A stretch of 63,158 bases of DNA, the filler included. It is 4 parts of 4 records of this genome, joined end to end, with 100 filler letters (N's around TTAATTAATTAA, not from the genome) between each part and the next. Parts side by side here need not be neighbours in the genome. Positions count along the whole stretch, not along the records: positions 1 to 20,618 come from DRR378314_1787; positions 20,719 to 32,752 come from DRR378314_1789; 2 more parts are not named here. The stretch is one strand, 5' to 3'. The number at the start of each line of letters is the position of its first letter. Within the stretch, counting starts at the first letter, position 1. The notes below the pieces were generated by a model. The model did not search any database. It was not told the origin of the DNA and was given only the letters and a program-made list of their open reading frames with translations. A program made the translations under genes and the position numbers. Below are positions 18,931 to 28,848 of the stretch, piece after piece.

Positions 18931-19252
18931 GTGAACAATGTGACTAACCGTGGCTCGGTAATCAACTATGCCGCCCGATACCACGCGGGACAGCGCATTG
19001 CTACATCACCTGCGGAAGCGAGCGTGAACGTTCTTGTGGCGAAAAGATTTGTGAAGAAGCAACAAATGCGGTGGTCGCGAACCGGTGCTCACTATCTGCT
19101 GAAGGTCCGGGCTGCGATGCTCAATGGAAACCTGTCGGAAAGGACAAGGTTTGACCCGCCACCAAACCGCGCTTCCGGCCGCCTGGCGAGCTTTTTGGAG
19201 TCGACCCTCCCGCTGCTGAAAGCAGCATGACCCCAGAGAATTGAACGGTCCC
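18931..19252 (+). mobile_element. ISKra4-family transposase 3' remnant
   Basis: INYAARYHAGQRIATSPAEASVNVLVAKRFVKKQQMRWSRTGAHYLLKVR, followed by an IR-like CCCCAGAGAATTGAACGGTCCC. Confidence 0.85.
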
Positions 19253-19315
19253 CATGTCAGTACCCTAACCGATGCCAAAGACCAGTCAAATTACCTCTTG
19301 CGTTTTGGGCGTCTA

Positions 19316-19550
19316 CACATGCCGCAAATTCCTTTGAGCATTGCGCATATGGAACCGGCGAGGCAGTTATCCTGCCAATTGGCCAAACTGCTGAAGCGGC
19401 GAGAGTCCGGGCCTGAATTGGCCTTTGCGGATCATGTTAGCCAACTCGATACCAGCGAGAGCGGATGCCGCTGAATCGAAAGGCCTGAACCCCGACATAG
19501 GCCTAATCCGACGTTTAAAGAACCGGTGGTCCTGTTCCACAATGTTGATA
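19316..19550 (-). mobile_element. IS6-family transposase 3' remnant
   Basis: NIVEQDHRFFKRRIRPMSGF...AGIELANMIRKGQF is the IS6 DDE C-terminus. Confidence 0.85.
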
Positions 19551-19589
19551 TCTGGCATGAATGGGCGAGCCGCTCCAATCGGAGATGTT

Positions 19590-19701
19590 GAAGGCCAGTT
19601 CACACCAGGACCCTGTCCCTTTCAACAATTCAGAGAGCTGCTCGCATAACAAACAGGCCGGATGTATTTCTCTGAACTGCAGTAAACTTCGCAACAGAAC
19701 C
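19590..19701 (+). mobile_element. Second IS6-family right-end remnant, opposite orientation
   Basis: GQFTPGPCPFQQFRELLA* followed by AAACTTCGCAACAGAACC, the reverse complement of the IS6-type IR GGTTCTGTTGC. Confidence 0.65.
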
Positions 19702-19834
19702 CCGATAACGGATACTCAGGCTGCGATACCGAGAGCTCAATTTGTTAACAGCAGTATCGGCTTTTTTGTACAGCTCTCATTTTTCATCCGTTTTGCGCAC
19801 AACAAATCTAGCGTTGCTACCTTCTTGTTATTCT

Positions 19835-19853
19835 TGATAAGTATCCCTTATCA
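19835..19853. promoter_or_regulatory. Inverted repeat upstream of the recombinase (candidate res/binding site)
   Basis: TGATAAG-TATCC-CTTATCA is a perfect 7-bp dyad about 45 bp upstream of the recombinase ATG; a related CCGATAAC half-site lies at about 19702. Confidence 0.5.
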
Positions 19854-19896
19854 TGTTTTATTGACTTCGCCGTGAAATCAGCGCTGAATAGCGGTC

Positions 19897-20618
19897 ATGA
19901 CCCCCCCTGCCCCCTATCTGCCCGGTCCCTCTCCTGCCCTTTCTGTCGAAGATCAGGAGGCGCTCACCGACCTCTATGTGCGCGGCACGCCAGCCAATAC
20001 GCTCAGGGCTTATGAGCGTGACCTGCTCTTCGTGACGGCATGGAAAATGGCACGCTTCGGTTCGGAGCTGGACTGGCCCGAAACGGAGGCCTCAGCGCTG
20101 GCCTTCATCCTCGATCACGCCCGCGATCTCAGCGACGCGCCCGCCGAAGACGTAGCCCGTCAAACGGCAGAGATGCTCATTGCACAAGGGCTGCGCAAAT
20201 CCCTCGCCTGCCCGGCGCCGTCCACGCTGGACCGGCGCATCGCCTCCTGGCTGGCGTTTCATCGGATGAAAAACCTCGCCAGCCCCTTTGGCACGCCGCA
20301 GGTGAAACAGGCCCGCGCCAAAGCGCGCCGGGCGGCAGCCCGCCCCCCTGCCCCAAAGTCGCAGCATCCGATTACCCGCGATATTCTGGAGCAGTTGCTG
20401 GCCACCTGCCGTGGTTCCCGCCGCGATTGCCGCGACCGTGCGATCCTGATGCTGGGCTGGGCCTCGGGAGGCCGACGCCGGTCCGAGATCACCGGGTTGA
20501 GACGCGAAGATGTCTCGCTGAAGGAATTCGAAGAGAAGGGCCGGGTTTGGATCTCGCTGCTGGAAACTAAGACCACCCAGAAGGGCGACACGCCACGGCT
20601 GGTCCTCAAGGGTCGCGC
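19897..20618 (+). CDS. Tyrosine recombinase/site-specific integrase (alphaproteobacterial plasmid type), truncated by the contig end
   Basis: ANTLRAYERD, PSTLDRRIASW, RDRAILMLGWASGGRRRSE (catalytic Arg) and ETKT; runs into the N linker. Confidence 0.9.
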
Positions 20619-20718
20619 NNNNNNNNNNNNNNNNNNNNNNNNNNNNNNNNNNNNNNNNNNNNTTAATTAATTAANNNNNNNNNNNNNNNNNNNNNNNNNN
20701 NNNNNNNNNNNNNNNNNN
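20619..20718. other. Artificial contig-joining linker
   Basis: N44-TTAATTAATTAA-N44 (stops in all six frames); identical structure at all three junctions. Confidence 0.98.
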
Positions 20719-20876
20719 CAAGAAACAAATATCATCCGCCCCAAAAGCAATCCTGGACCATCACGCACTGAAAATCTGCGCTGATGGAACGCCTTATCGC
20801 AGACAGTCCTGCTCCTATCTGCAGATTGCTTCTTTTGCACGGTAGCAAGTCTCCTTTTCCGCACGCCCGCTAATAT

Positions 20877-23030
20877 CTACGCGTACGAAGATCGAAGCTC
20901 AATAGAGACAACGAATAGAGTGAATAGCACGGAAAATGCTTGCAATACGAAGCCGTAGGTGATAGAAACGCCTTGTAGCCGCGCAGTTACTTTTCGCGTC
21001 TCTGTGAAGACGAGCAATTGCTCCTCTTCGTCTCTAGGGAACCGGGACGAGCGGTAGAGGAAATACCGCTTGACTGCATCAGCTGCCTCATTGGCCATAG
21101 ATGTGGTTACAGCGCCAATGGTGAGCAGGAGCGCGACCGAGGCGAAGCTGAAAAAGCTCACACATCCCCAGAAAATGCGGACCACGGTCTCGCCGCCTTC
21201 TTCGGCTAGTCGTCCGGAATCCAGCGACATCGTTCCGGCGGCAAATTGCGAGGTGATTATTGTGACAGCAAAGGTGGCCACGCAAAACAGTCCCACCGAT
21301 GTGGAAAAATGAAAGTTTGAGACGTCCAGGTGATCAACGGCTTCCGCGTAGATCCGCGTGAGCTCGCGCGCTCTGCTCACAGAGGAGACTTTGCGAATGA
21401 ACCGCTTAAACCGCAGCGAGTGTGCGCCGTACAGCGTCGCATGCAGCGCAGTGTAGATGAAAAGCGCAGCTTGTGAGACAGACAACCCGATAAAGAGCGC
21501 CACATTTGCCCAATCGGATAGGGCCGAGGCCCAGTAGACGAAGAGGCCTGCGTACACAGGTCCGAGCACTACGCACGCGACGGCGCAGAGGAGCCAATAT
21601 AGGCGGAATCGCTGAACTGCATCCTGCCGATAAACTCGCGGGAGTTTTTCTAACACACTCTGGGCCGCACAGCTATCGATTACATTGACTAGGGCATTGT
21701 GGAGCGCAAACATGGCGAGCGGGACGAGCGCGAGGCACGCCGGGAGGATGTGGTCCCCACCGGTGTCGGTGCTCCACGGCAGCAGCACAGCAGTGGCGAT
21801 GATGCACAGGCGAACGAAAGCGCGGCCGACTCGATTCCGCTTCACGCCCGGGCCCACAGTCGGCGGGCTCTGCACGAAGAGTAGCGTCAGGCACCATCGC
21901 ATGACAGGGACGGGCGTTCCTGCGATGCTCTGTAGATTGCCTCTATCTGCCAGCGGTCGCGAGCGCGCGGAGACTGGTCGCCTACGGGACGCGACGACCG
22001 AGTCGGACGAGGCGTGCTCACATCCCTGCGCACGCCCCGCATCCGCTGGTTCCCTAACATCGACCTCGCTCTCTTCGCTTACATAACGTCGAAGCACTGG
22101 GATTTCATCTGCATTGGATAGGGATTCGCTCTTCGCGTGCAGCATCCGGTGGTGCACACGCGTCTCCCCAGGCGACGATGCCGCCGATCCAGCGGCGTCA
22201 TCGAGAGCAGCGCGACCTGGATCCCCTGCGCTGTGCATGGGGGCACTCCCGGTCGCGCGCGCCTTGCTCTCCTCACTCTCATTATCCTGTTCACCAGACA
22301 GCGAGCGCACCGTGCGGCGCTTCCCGTGTTTGTGAGTCTTCCGAGCGGGCAGCTTGCCTGGCGGAAAGGGGCGGTCGTCAGCGCGAGAAGCGGAAGACGC
22401 TGCGTCGCTGGTGGAAGGCGCGCGCGCGCCGCGTTGCTGCCCGCGCACACGCTCGCCAGCCCGCTGGATAAAGTTCCGGACTGCAGTGGCGTCCACGGTC
22501 GCCTCGAGATTTGCAAGCAGATTGAGCGCCGAAGACTCGCGCTCCGCTGACGTAAGGGCCGTGGGGAATAAGGGAATCCCGGATGTATCGATGTCCTCCA
22601 GCGATTCAGCGTGCAACCGCTCGCGCGCCTGCCAATCGCGCACGTTCTGCCTCCCAGGCTGAAACATCGGCCCAGTAGAAGCCGATGGCGATCTCGGACT
22701 TGTTAGAGGAGTTAACTCGTTGCTATTTCTTGGCTCGTTCCATAGCGTCGTCTGCAGCCGCGCTGATAAGGCGAGCGCCTCGCGCATCGTGAGCGCTGAT
22801 ATGCGATCATCGGTGCGCAGAGCAGACAGAACGATGTTTCCCAGCGAAGAAAGAGCCGCCGTTGCAGCTGGTGCAGGCTGCCCGCTACCTCCACTGCGTT
22901 TTTGCGATTCCGGGCTGTTGGCGGCGGTAGCGCGCACCGAAACAAGCGCATCGATAATTGAAGAAGCCGCCTGAGAAGGGGCTGTATCGTTGGGATTCTC
23001 CAGCGCCACAGGGCGCCGAGGTTTGCGCAT
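20877..23030 (-). CDS. Eukaryotic 7-TM protein, gustatory-receptor-like (7TMIC/GRL superfamily candidate), paralog 1
   Basis: Long low-complexity N-terminus without signal peptide, then about 7 hydrophobic helices, a long helical loop between TM4 and TM5, and a terminal ARLQGVSITYGFVLQAFSVLFTLFVVSIEL segment resembling the split TM7 of GR/OR proteins. Confidence 0.65.
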   Translation of the reverse strand: MRKPRRPVALENPNDTAPSQAASSIIDALVSVRATAANSPESQKRSGGSGQPAPAATAALSSLGNIVLSALRTDDRISALTMREALALSARLQTTLWNEPRNSNELTPLTSPRSPSASTGPMFQPGRQNVRDWQARERLHAESLEDIDTSGIPLFPTALTSAERESSALNLLANLEATVDATAVRNFIQRAGERVRGQQRGARAPSTSDAASSASRADDRPFPPGKLPARKTHKHGKRRTVRSLSGEQDNESEESKARATGSAPMHSAGDPGRAALDDAAGSAASSPGETRVHHRMLHAKSESLSNADEIPVLRRYVSEESEVDVREPADAGRAQGCEHASSDSVVASRRRPVSARSRPLADRGNLQSIAGTPVPVMRWCLTLLFVQSPPTVGPGVKRNRVGRAFVRLCIIATAVLLPWSTDTGGDHILPACLALVPLAMFALHNALVNVIDSCAAQSVLEKLPRVYRQDAVQRFRLYWLLCAVACVVLGPVYAGLFVYWASALSDWANVALFIGLSVSQAALFIYTALHATLYGAHSLRFKRFIRKVSSVSRARELTRIYAEAVDHLDVSNFHFSTSVGLFCVATFAVTIITSQFAAGTMSLDSGRLAEEGGETVVRIFWGCVSFFSFASVALLLTIGAVTTSMANEAADAVKRYFLYRSSRFPRDEEEQLLVFTETRKVTARLQGVSITYGFVLQAFSVLFTLFVVSIELRSSYA

Positions 23031-25448
23031 GGTGCTTTGGTTGTCTGTTCTTGCTCACCCTCGTTCAGCAGAAGTCAACCATATAACCCCAAGAATGACA
23101 CGTCGCTTCAAAATGATGCCATACCACGGCACTTCCACGCGAATGTCTTCCTGAGTTCTCTTTCGCCAAAAACAGGTCCAGGATGCAGCGCTACGCGCGA
23201 TCCTGCAAGTGTACCCGGCCGTTCATTCGTTTCCATCACGACAAGCAGAGGCAGCGGACATGTACGGTAAGCCATTCCATCGATACTTTAGTAGCACACA
23301 AATCGCACAAGCGCGCTTTCTGAAATCGCGGAGCTTGCGAACTTGGCACTGCAACGACCACGCGCCAACCTGCCTGTGCAGAGCGCCTCTGGCTCTGTTG
23401 ACTCACGGCGGAAGGGCCGCGCGCACACTTGCTGGGCCTGAGCACCCAGCCACGCTGTGACCCGTGCCGTGTTCCTTGCAACGTTTCCCCACGCTAGAGG
23501 GAGGCCCAACCAGCCAAATGCGGGAAAGTTGGTAAAGAGAACGCGTGAGAGGTAGAGACGAACGAAATTTTCTCTAACGCGTGGGCAGACAAAGCGCAAC
23601 GACAACCGCAAGCAGAAAGGCCCTTTTCACGAGCACAGCTGCGTGCGCCAACGGTAGCAAACTCTTGTCAGCGACACGAATGCGAGCGGACAGCGTACGC
23701 CCCACTGATCCGCTGCGAATCACGAACAGTCGCACGCCAAGCATGCGTGATATTGGCGCATATTGGATACGAAGCGGTGCACTTCGCATTGGCATTCTAT
23801 TGCGCCACAGAAACGCAACATGAGCATTCCACTCTCTCCGCGCGGGAAGGAACACCGGGGGAAAAAAACTCAGACTTCGTGGGCGCCACAGGGACTCGCG
23901 CTTTAGGGTGACTATCATTGCCCCTCCTGGAAGCGTGCAGGCAAGCCGTGGCAGAGAGCGACGCCAGGCCTCGGCCCGCATGCGTAGCGCACGGCTCGCC
24001 TGTGCCGGGCGCGTGGCACACGCGAGCTCGTTTCCAGCTTCGCAACGTGGCGAACAGCGCAGGAAGATCCGCACATGCAACCTCCCGTTAACAATAATGC
24101 AGGTCAAATACATGTGAAATGAGCATTTTCCTGTCCTACGCAGGAGAAAGGGTTCGCTGGAGCATGACGCTACGCTGCGGAGCAAGGACACAAGCCCGCG
24201 GTGCTGGGCACGCTCGACCCACGGTGCACGCGTACGGCTGCTCACCCGCGCACAAAAGCAGAGCGCAACGACTGAGGGAGCCCAGGCGCGAAAGCAGCGC
24301 AGCGCGCCCGCTGCCCACGCGCCGACGGGGCCGCAGGCAACGAAGCGACACCGCATTTGCTTTGTACCGGAGCATGTGCTGCCATTCCAACGCATTACTG
24401 AAACAAACATCGTGCGTATTATAGGTGGGAAAATGAATGGCAGCTATTCTTTGGAAGACCACAGCTGTGCGGTGAAATCGCGGGAGTGGGCCCCGTGCGG
24501 GTGGTTTGGTGGCAAAGTCGCGCCTGCGCCGATCGCAGCGCCTGTTGCAAGCGGGTTGCGTTCGCCTGCAAAGAGCGTCAAAGTCCTTGGGATGCAGCCC
24601 TGCGAACTCCAACACGGCAGCCCGGCGCCGCACAAGACGAGACCTACAAACGCTTCCATGACTTCGCAGGCTACATAAAAATAAAATTCTTGCCTGAATC
24701 GTAACTGAGTACGAACAGTGCCGCGAAAATGACCGTTTCGCGCACAAAAGCCTGTGCCGTGCGCACAGCACGCGACAGTTGCTTCGCTCGCGCACGAGGC
24801 GCACCCTGGTGGATAGAGCTTCTCGGTTCAGAATCAGCAGCAGGACGTGCGACCGTGAATGTCAAGATTCTGTTGCGTGGGCGCAGCGTTGCTCCCGAGT
24901 CCGAGCCGCAGGCCTCGCGGCGGCAACTGGGGGAGTTCAGCGCTATCCCCTCGTTCGCGAACTAGGTTTAGATTCGCGCCCCACCATCTGTGCTGCCAAC
25001 TGAAAAAACTAACTGTATTTTCTATGCAGCCCCTAGGATTTTATGCAAATCGATATAAGCAGGCAGTCCGGATGACGCGGCTGCGGGGGGTGCAAAGCCC
25101 CCCCCGAGGCTTCTTCGCAGCGCGTGGTTGCCCAACGTGTGGACAAAGAAGCGCGCCGCGCGTTCGTGGCATGAACGTGCTGCACTGCCCGTACATTCCT
25201 CGTGCGTCGGCAATCTGTTTCCACCTAATACACCCTGAATACCCTTACATTGAAGCTTTATACGGATACTACTCCTATTATTGCAATAACCTATCGACAT
25301 TTTTTTTCTTCGGCAGTGCTTCTACCCGAACGGTTTTGTGTTGCCACCGGGGCGAGTGCCGCGCAGATCTGGGCAGGAGCCGAGATTCTGCCCGTCCTGT
25401 GGTTTAGGTCAATTTGACAACTCTTGAAAATTATCTTGGTAGGGCTTC

Positions 25449-27881
25449 ATGGGGCGCACGAATACTCGAGGGAGGCAGCCGGCCGACGTTGTGCGCACAG
25501 CTGCCGAGCTCGGCATCGCTGCGGCAGCGCAGCGACTTGCCAACACTCAGGATGGCGCCGCTGCCGCGCACTTGCCTCTCCCCGCTGTCCAAGAAGCGGT
25601 CGGATTTGCTTTTATGCATCTTTGTATGACGATTCCGGATGATGATACTACGGAGGAGCAACAGTCAGTGCGCGCGGCTTTGGCGAAACTGTGCCAACTG
25701 GCAGAGAACGAGCGCACTGCGGCTGCCGCGCCAGCGCAGTCCAGCGGCGCGCTCCGCAGCACAGACGCCGTTGCAGACATGCGCGCTCCCCTGTCGCTTG
25801 CTCTCCGCGACAGCGGCGACCCTTCCCACTTCGAAGACGAAGATCAAGATATGGAGCAGCTTCCACAGGAAGGAATCGAACTCATATCTTCGCGGTACCT
25901 GAGGACAGACTCCACACAGAGCCAGGACGTTGCACGTCAGAGGCGTGCGACAGCGGAACGACGTGGTCTGGTACGCACCATGGACAGCACTGTCGGCCGC
26001 GGAGGCCACTGGGGAAGTGCCGACATCCTTACCGACAAAGGCTACGACCAGCTTGCAAACATTCCGACTCTTCGCTTTGTTCTGTGGATATGCCAGATCG
26101 CCACATCGTGCGCGAAGGATGAAGAAGGGAATTCGGTAGCTCCCGTGCGGCGCCCTCTGTCGTGGGTGTTGTTCGCCACGTTGGCAACCGCGTCCGGCTT
26201 CCTCGCCTGGTTTGCGGAAGACCTGAACGACACGCTGCTTTCCTTTTCGTACTGCATGATGGGCCTGTCGATACTGGGAATGTACTACTCTATAACACAG
26301 CCGGTCTCTGGCCTGCAGTTGATGCGGATGCTCGGTACAATACCGCGCAGCCAGCATAGCTACGTTATTTCGTCGCTCGAGCGATTGTGGCGGATAGCAC
26401 TAGTCGCTGCGCCGCTCTGCGGAGCCTTTCTCGGCGTGTCCTTCACGACGTACCTATCGAAGCTGCCGAACTGGGCAAACATCGCTGCGTGCGTATCTGT
26501 ATCCATCAGTGCCACTATCGTGCAGTGGACCGTAATCTTATATCAGAGTATATATCTTTTGCACAATGTGCAATTCAAGGCGTTCGCACGGCATGTAGCC
26601 AGTCGCTACAGCGCAGCTCGGCTCTCTGCAGATTTCGCACGGCTGGCGGATTTGCTGCAGGTTACGAACCGCCACGCGTCGCTGCCGGTGTCGATGGTCT
26701 CCCTAATGTGGTCTGTGACAGGGACAGCGCTGTTCTTCAACTTTGCCTCAAATTCAAATCGGGCAGATGATTTCGAGAACACTCGGTATCTGTGGCTCGT
26801 GTACGCGCTCTTCTTTGTCGGCGTTGCCATTTCCTTGCTCGCCGCGCTTGCGCGAACTTCGCGCGTTACGCGCGAAGCACAGAACACGCTGCACCGGTAC
26901 TACGTATACCGAGTGCGCGAGTACGATACCGAAGCGGAGATCCGTGCACTTAAATACGTGTACTGGTATGTTACTTACATAATACCGAGCTCTTCATTTG
27001 GCATCCGGTCGTGCGATATCAGATCCTTAGCCGCAACATTCCCGTCCGATTCCGCGCGCGCTGGTCGCAATACGCTTAGAGCATTGCATGCAGATTCTCT
27101 CGAGACAACGCACAAATCTCCAGTAGATGCGCACCCTCCACCCGTGGCGCTAGATCTTGATCTTTGCGATACGGCACATTTGCTTTCGTGAGCGTGTTCT
27201 ACAGCAGTGCGAGTGGCCGGCGAAAGCTGCCGGTGGTCCACGGCTGGCATGCATGTGCGGCAACTGCCGTTGTGAGGTAGTGTGAGTCTTAATGTGTTTC
27301 TCTGATCGCATCGCTCGTAGTTGTTGTTTCGAAAGCAAAGCCTGATCGTATGAAACCCTATCTATTGTAAATTGCGCCTTATGGTACATTTGCTGCTGTT
27401 TTAGAGGCTGTAGCATGCAGCGCTGTGGCTTTCAGTGCGTGGCTGTCGCAGCCCTTGCGAAAGCACTACCTTCACGCGTGGAACGCTCTGAGCTTGCCGC
27501 CCACAGCTTTTCCGTACGGTTGCATGAGTAAGCTTGCTTGAATGTTTTGACCATTGTCGTACGGCATATGCCAAGCGTTCTGCTTTTGCATTGGATACTT
27601 ATTTCTTGGTTTGTCGCTCTTCATGTGCGCAACTGTGAGCTTTGCTAGGATGAGGGTTCGGCCTTTCCTTCTCGAGGTTGGTTTCGCCGAACTCGATTTC
27701 GCTCTCCTTGACGCAGGCTCACCAAAGCCATCTCTGTCCTTCTCCCCCGTGTCAAACATGCAGCCGTGATGTCTATGCGCATTTATACGCGATTCCAATC
27801 ACCTACGGTACTATTTTCAAGGTGCTATCCGTCATAGGAACGGTGGTCGTCGTGGTGCTCGAGCTCGAGTCTGATATGTAG
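25449..27881 (+). CDS. GRL/7TMIC candidate, paralog 2; two exons 25449-26965 and 27764-27881 (544 aa)
   Basis: Donor TG|GTATGT at 26966, polypyrimidine tract and CAG acceptor at 27761-27763, phase 2 on both sides. The spliced C-terminus ALKYVYCRDVYAHLYAIPITYGTIFKVLSVIGTVVVVVLEL aligns without gaps to paralog 1. Confidence 0.75.
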
Positions 27882-28848
27882 CACCCTAGTGCTCGTTGTG
27901 TGTTTAACGCTGGGCACTTCATTGGTATTGTTCTCCCTATGGTGCTTCAATCGCCGCTCGCAGTATTTGTTCTCGTGGTATATACGATGTTGTACAGAAA
28001 TGTAGCAATGGTCTTGGCCAAATACACGGTACATTCCTGCGTTTCGAGCTTAATAACTGTGCTGCGGATCGGGGATTCCTCTTGTCCCGCCCCTGGACCT
28101 GCAAGCATGCGACCTACTGCTGCATTTCGTGCGGCGTCCCTTTTCCAACCAAGACAACCGCCCCGTATTTCGCGGTTCAGATATCACCGCAAAAGAGAAA
28201 CCACGGATGAGGGCCGCAGAAGCAACGCGAGACTCCTCTCCCGTCCGGAATAGCGCACTGGCGCACCACTGGCTCCCGTGGCTCTCGGCGGGCTCCTCGC
28301 CAGCGCTGTGAGCGTTCATAGAGGCAGGAACAATGAACGATTCGTACATCAACATCTTTACTAATAAAAGAAATTTTACAACGCTGCTCGTCGCATGCCA
28401 CGAGAGGGAGCGTGGGTGTCCGCTGCGCAAGCGGTCGGCGCGCTTGCCAAGTTTTTCCATGACGGGTGTGTCATTCGTGGTGGGTGTTATGTGCTCGTGA
28501 TCGCGCGCCGCTGTCGGAACGCCGCGCCCGCCGCTGCGCGCGCTCGCGCCCGCCGACTCCACCGCGCCCGCGCACCACCGAGCTCCGCCGCAGCGCGCCC
28601 GTACTCCCCGCCCACGGCAGCGCAGGAAACGCAGAGCGCTTTCTCCTGTTACCTGGGCGTGTGCGTTCGTACATACTATTGCGAAGAGCGGTGTCGTGCG
28701 CTTTCTCGTGCGCTCACTCCTGCGCAGCACCCGCGAGTGTGCTCGCGCGCGCTGCTCCCGCGACCGCACCGCGCGGCGCCCGGAGCCGAATCGCCCCGCC
28801 TGCGCCCCTCGCAGCTCGCCGCCGCCTGATCAAGAGGTCTTGCACATC

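Noticed and set aside
23037-25448. Overlapping 60-280 aa ORFs between the two GRL-like genes
   Set aside because: Arg/Ala/Cys-rich translations typical of GC-rich non-coding DNA, with no domain signal.
26966-27191. C-terminal ~74 aa of the 580-aa ORF as real protein
   Set aside because: Similarity to the paralog stops at a GTATGT donor and resumes in the downstream exon, so this stretch is intron read-through.
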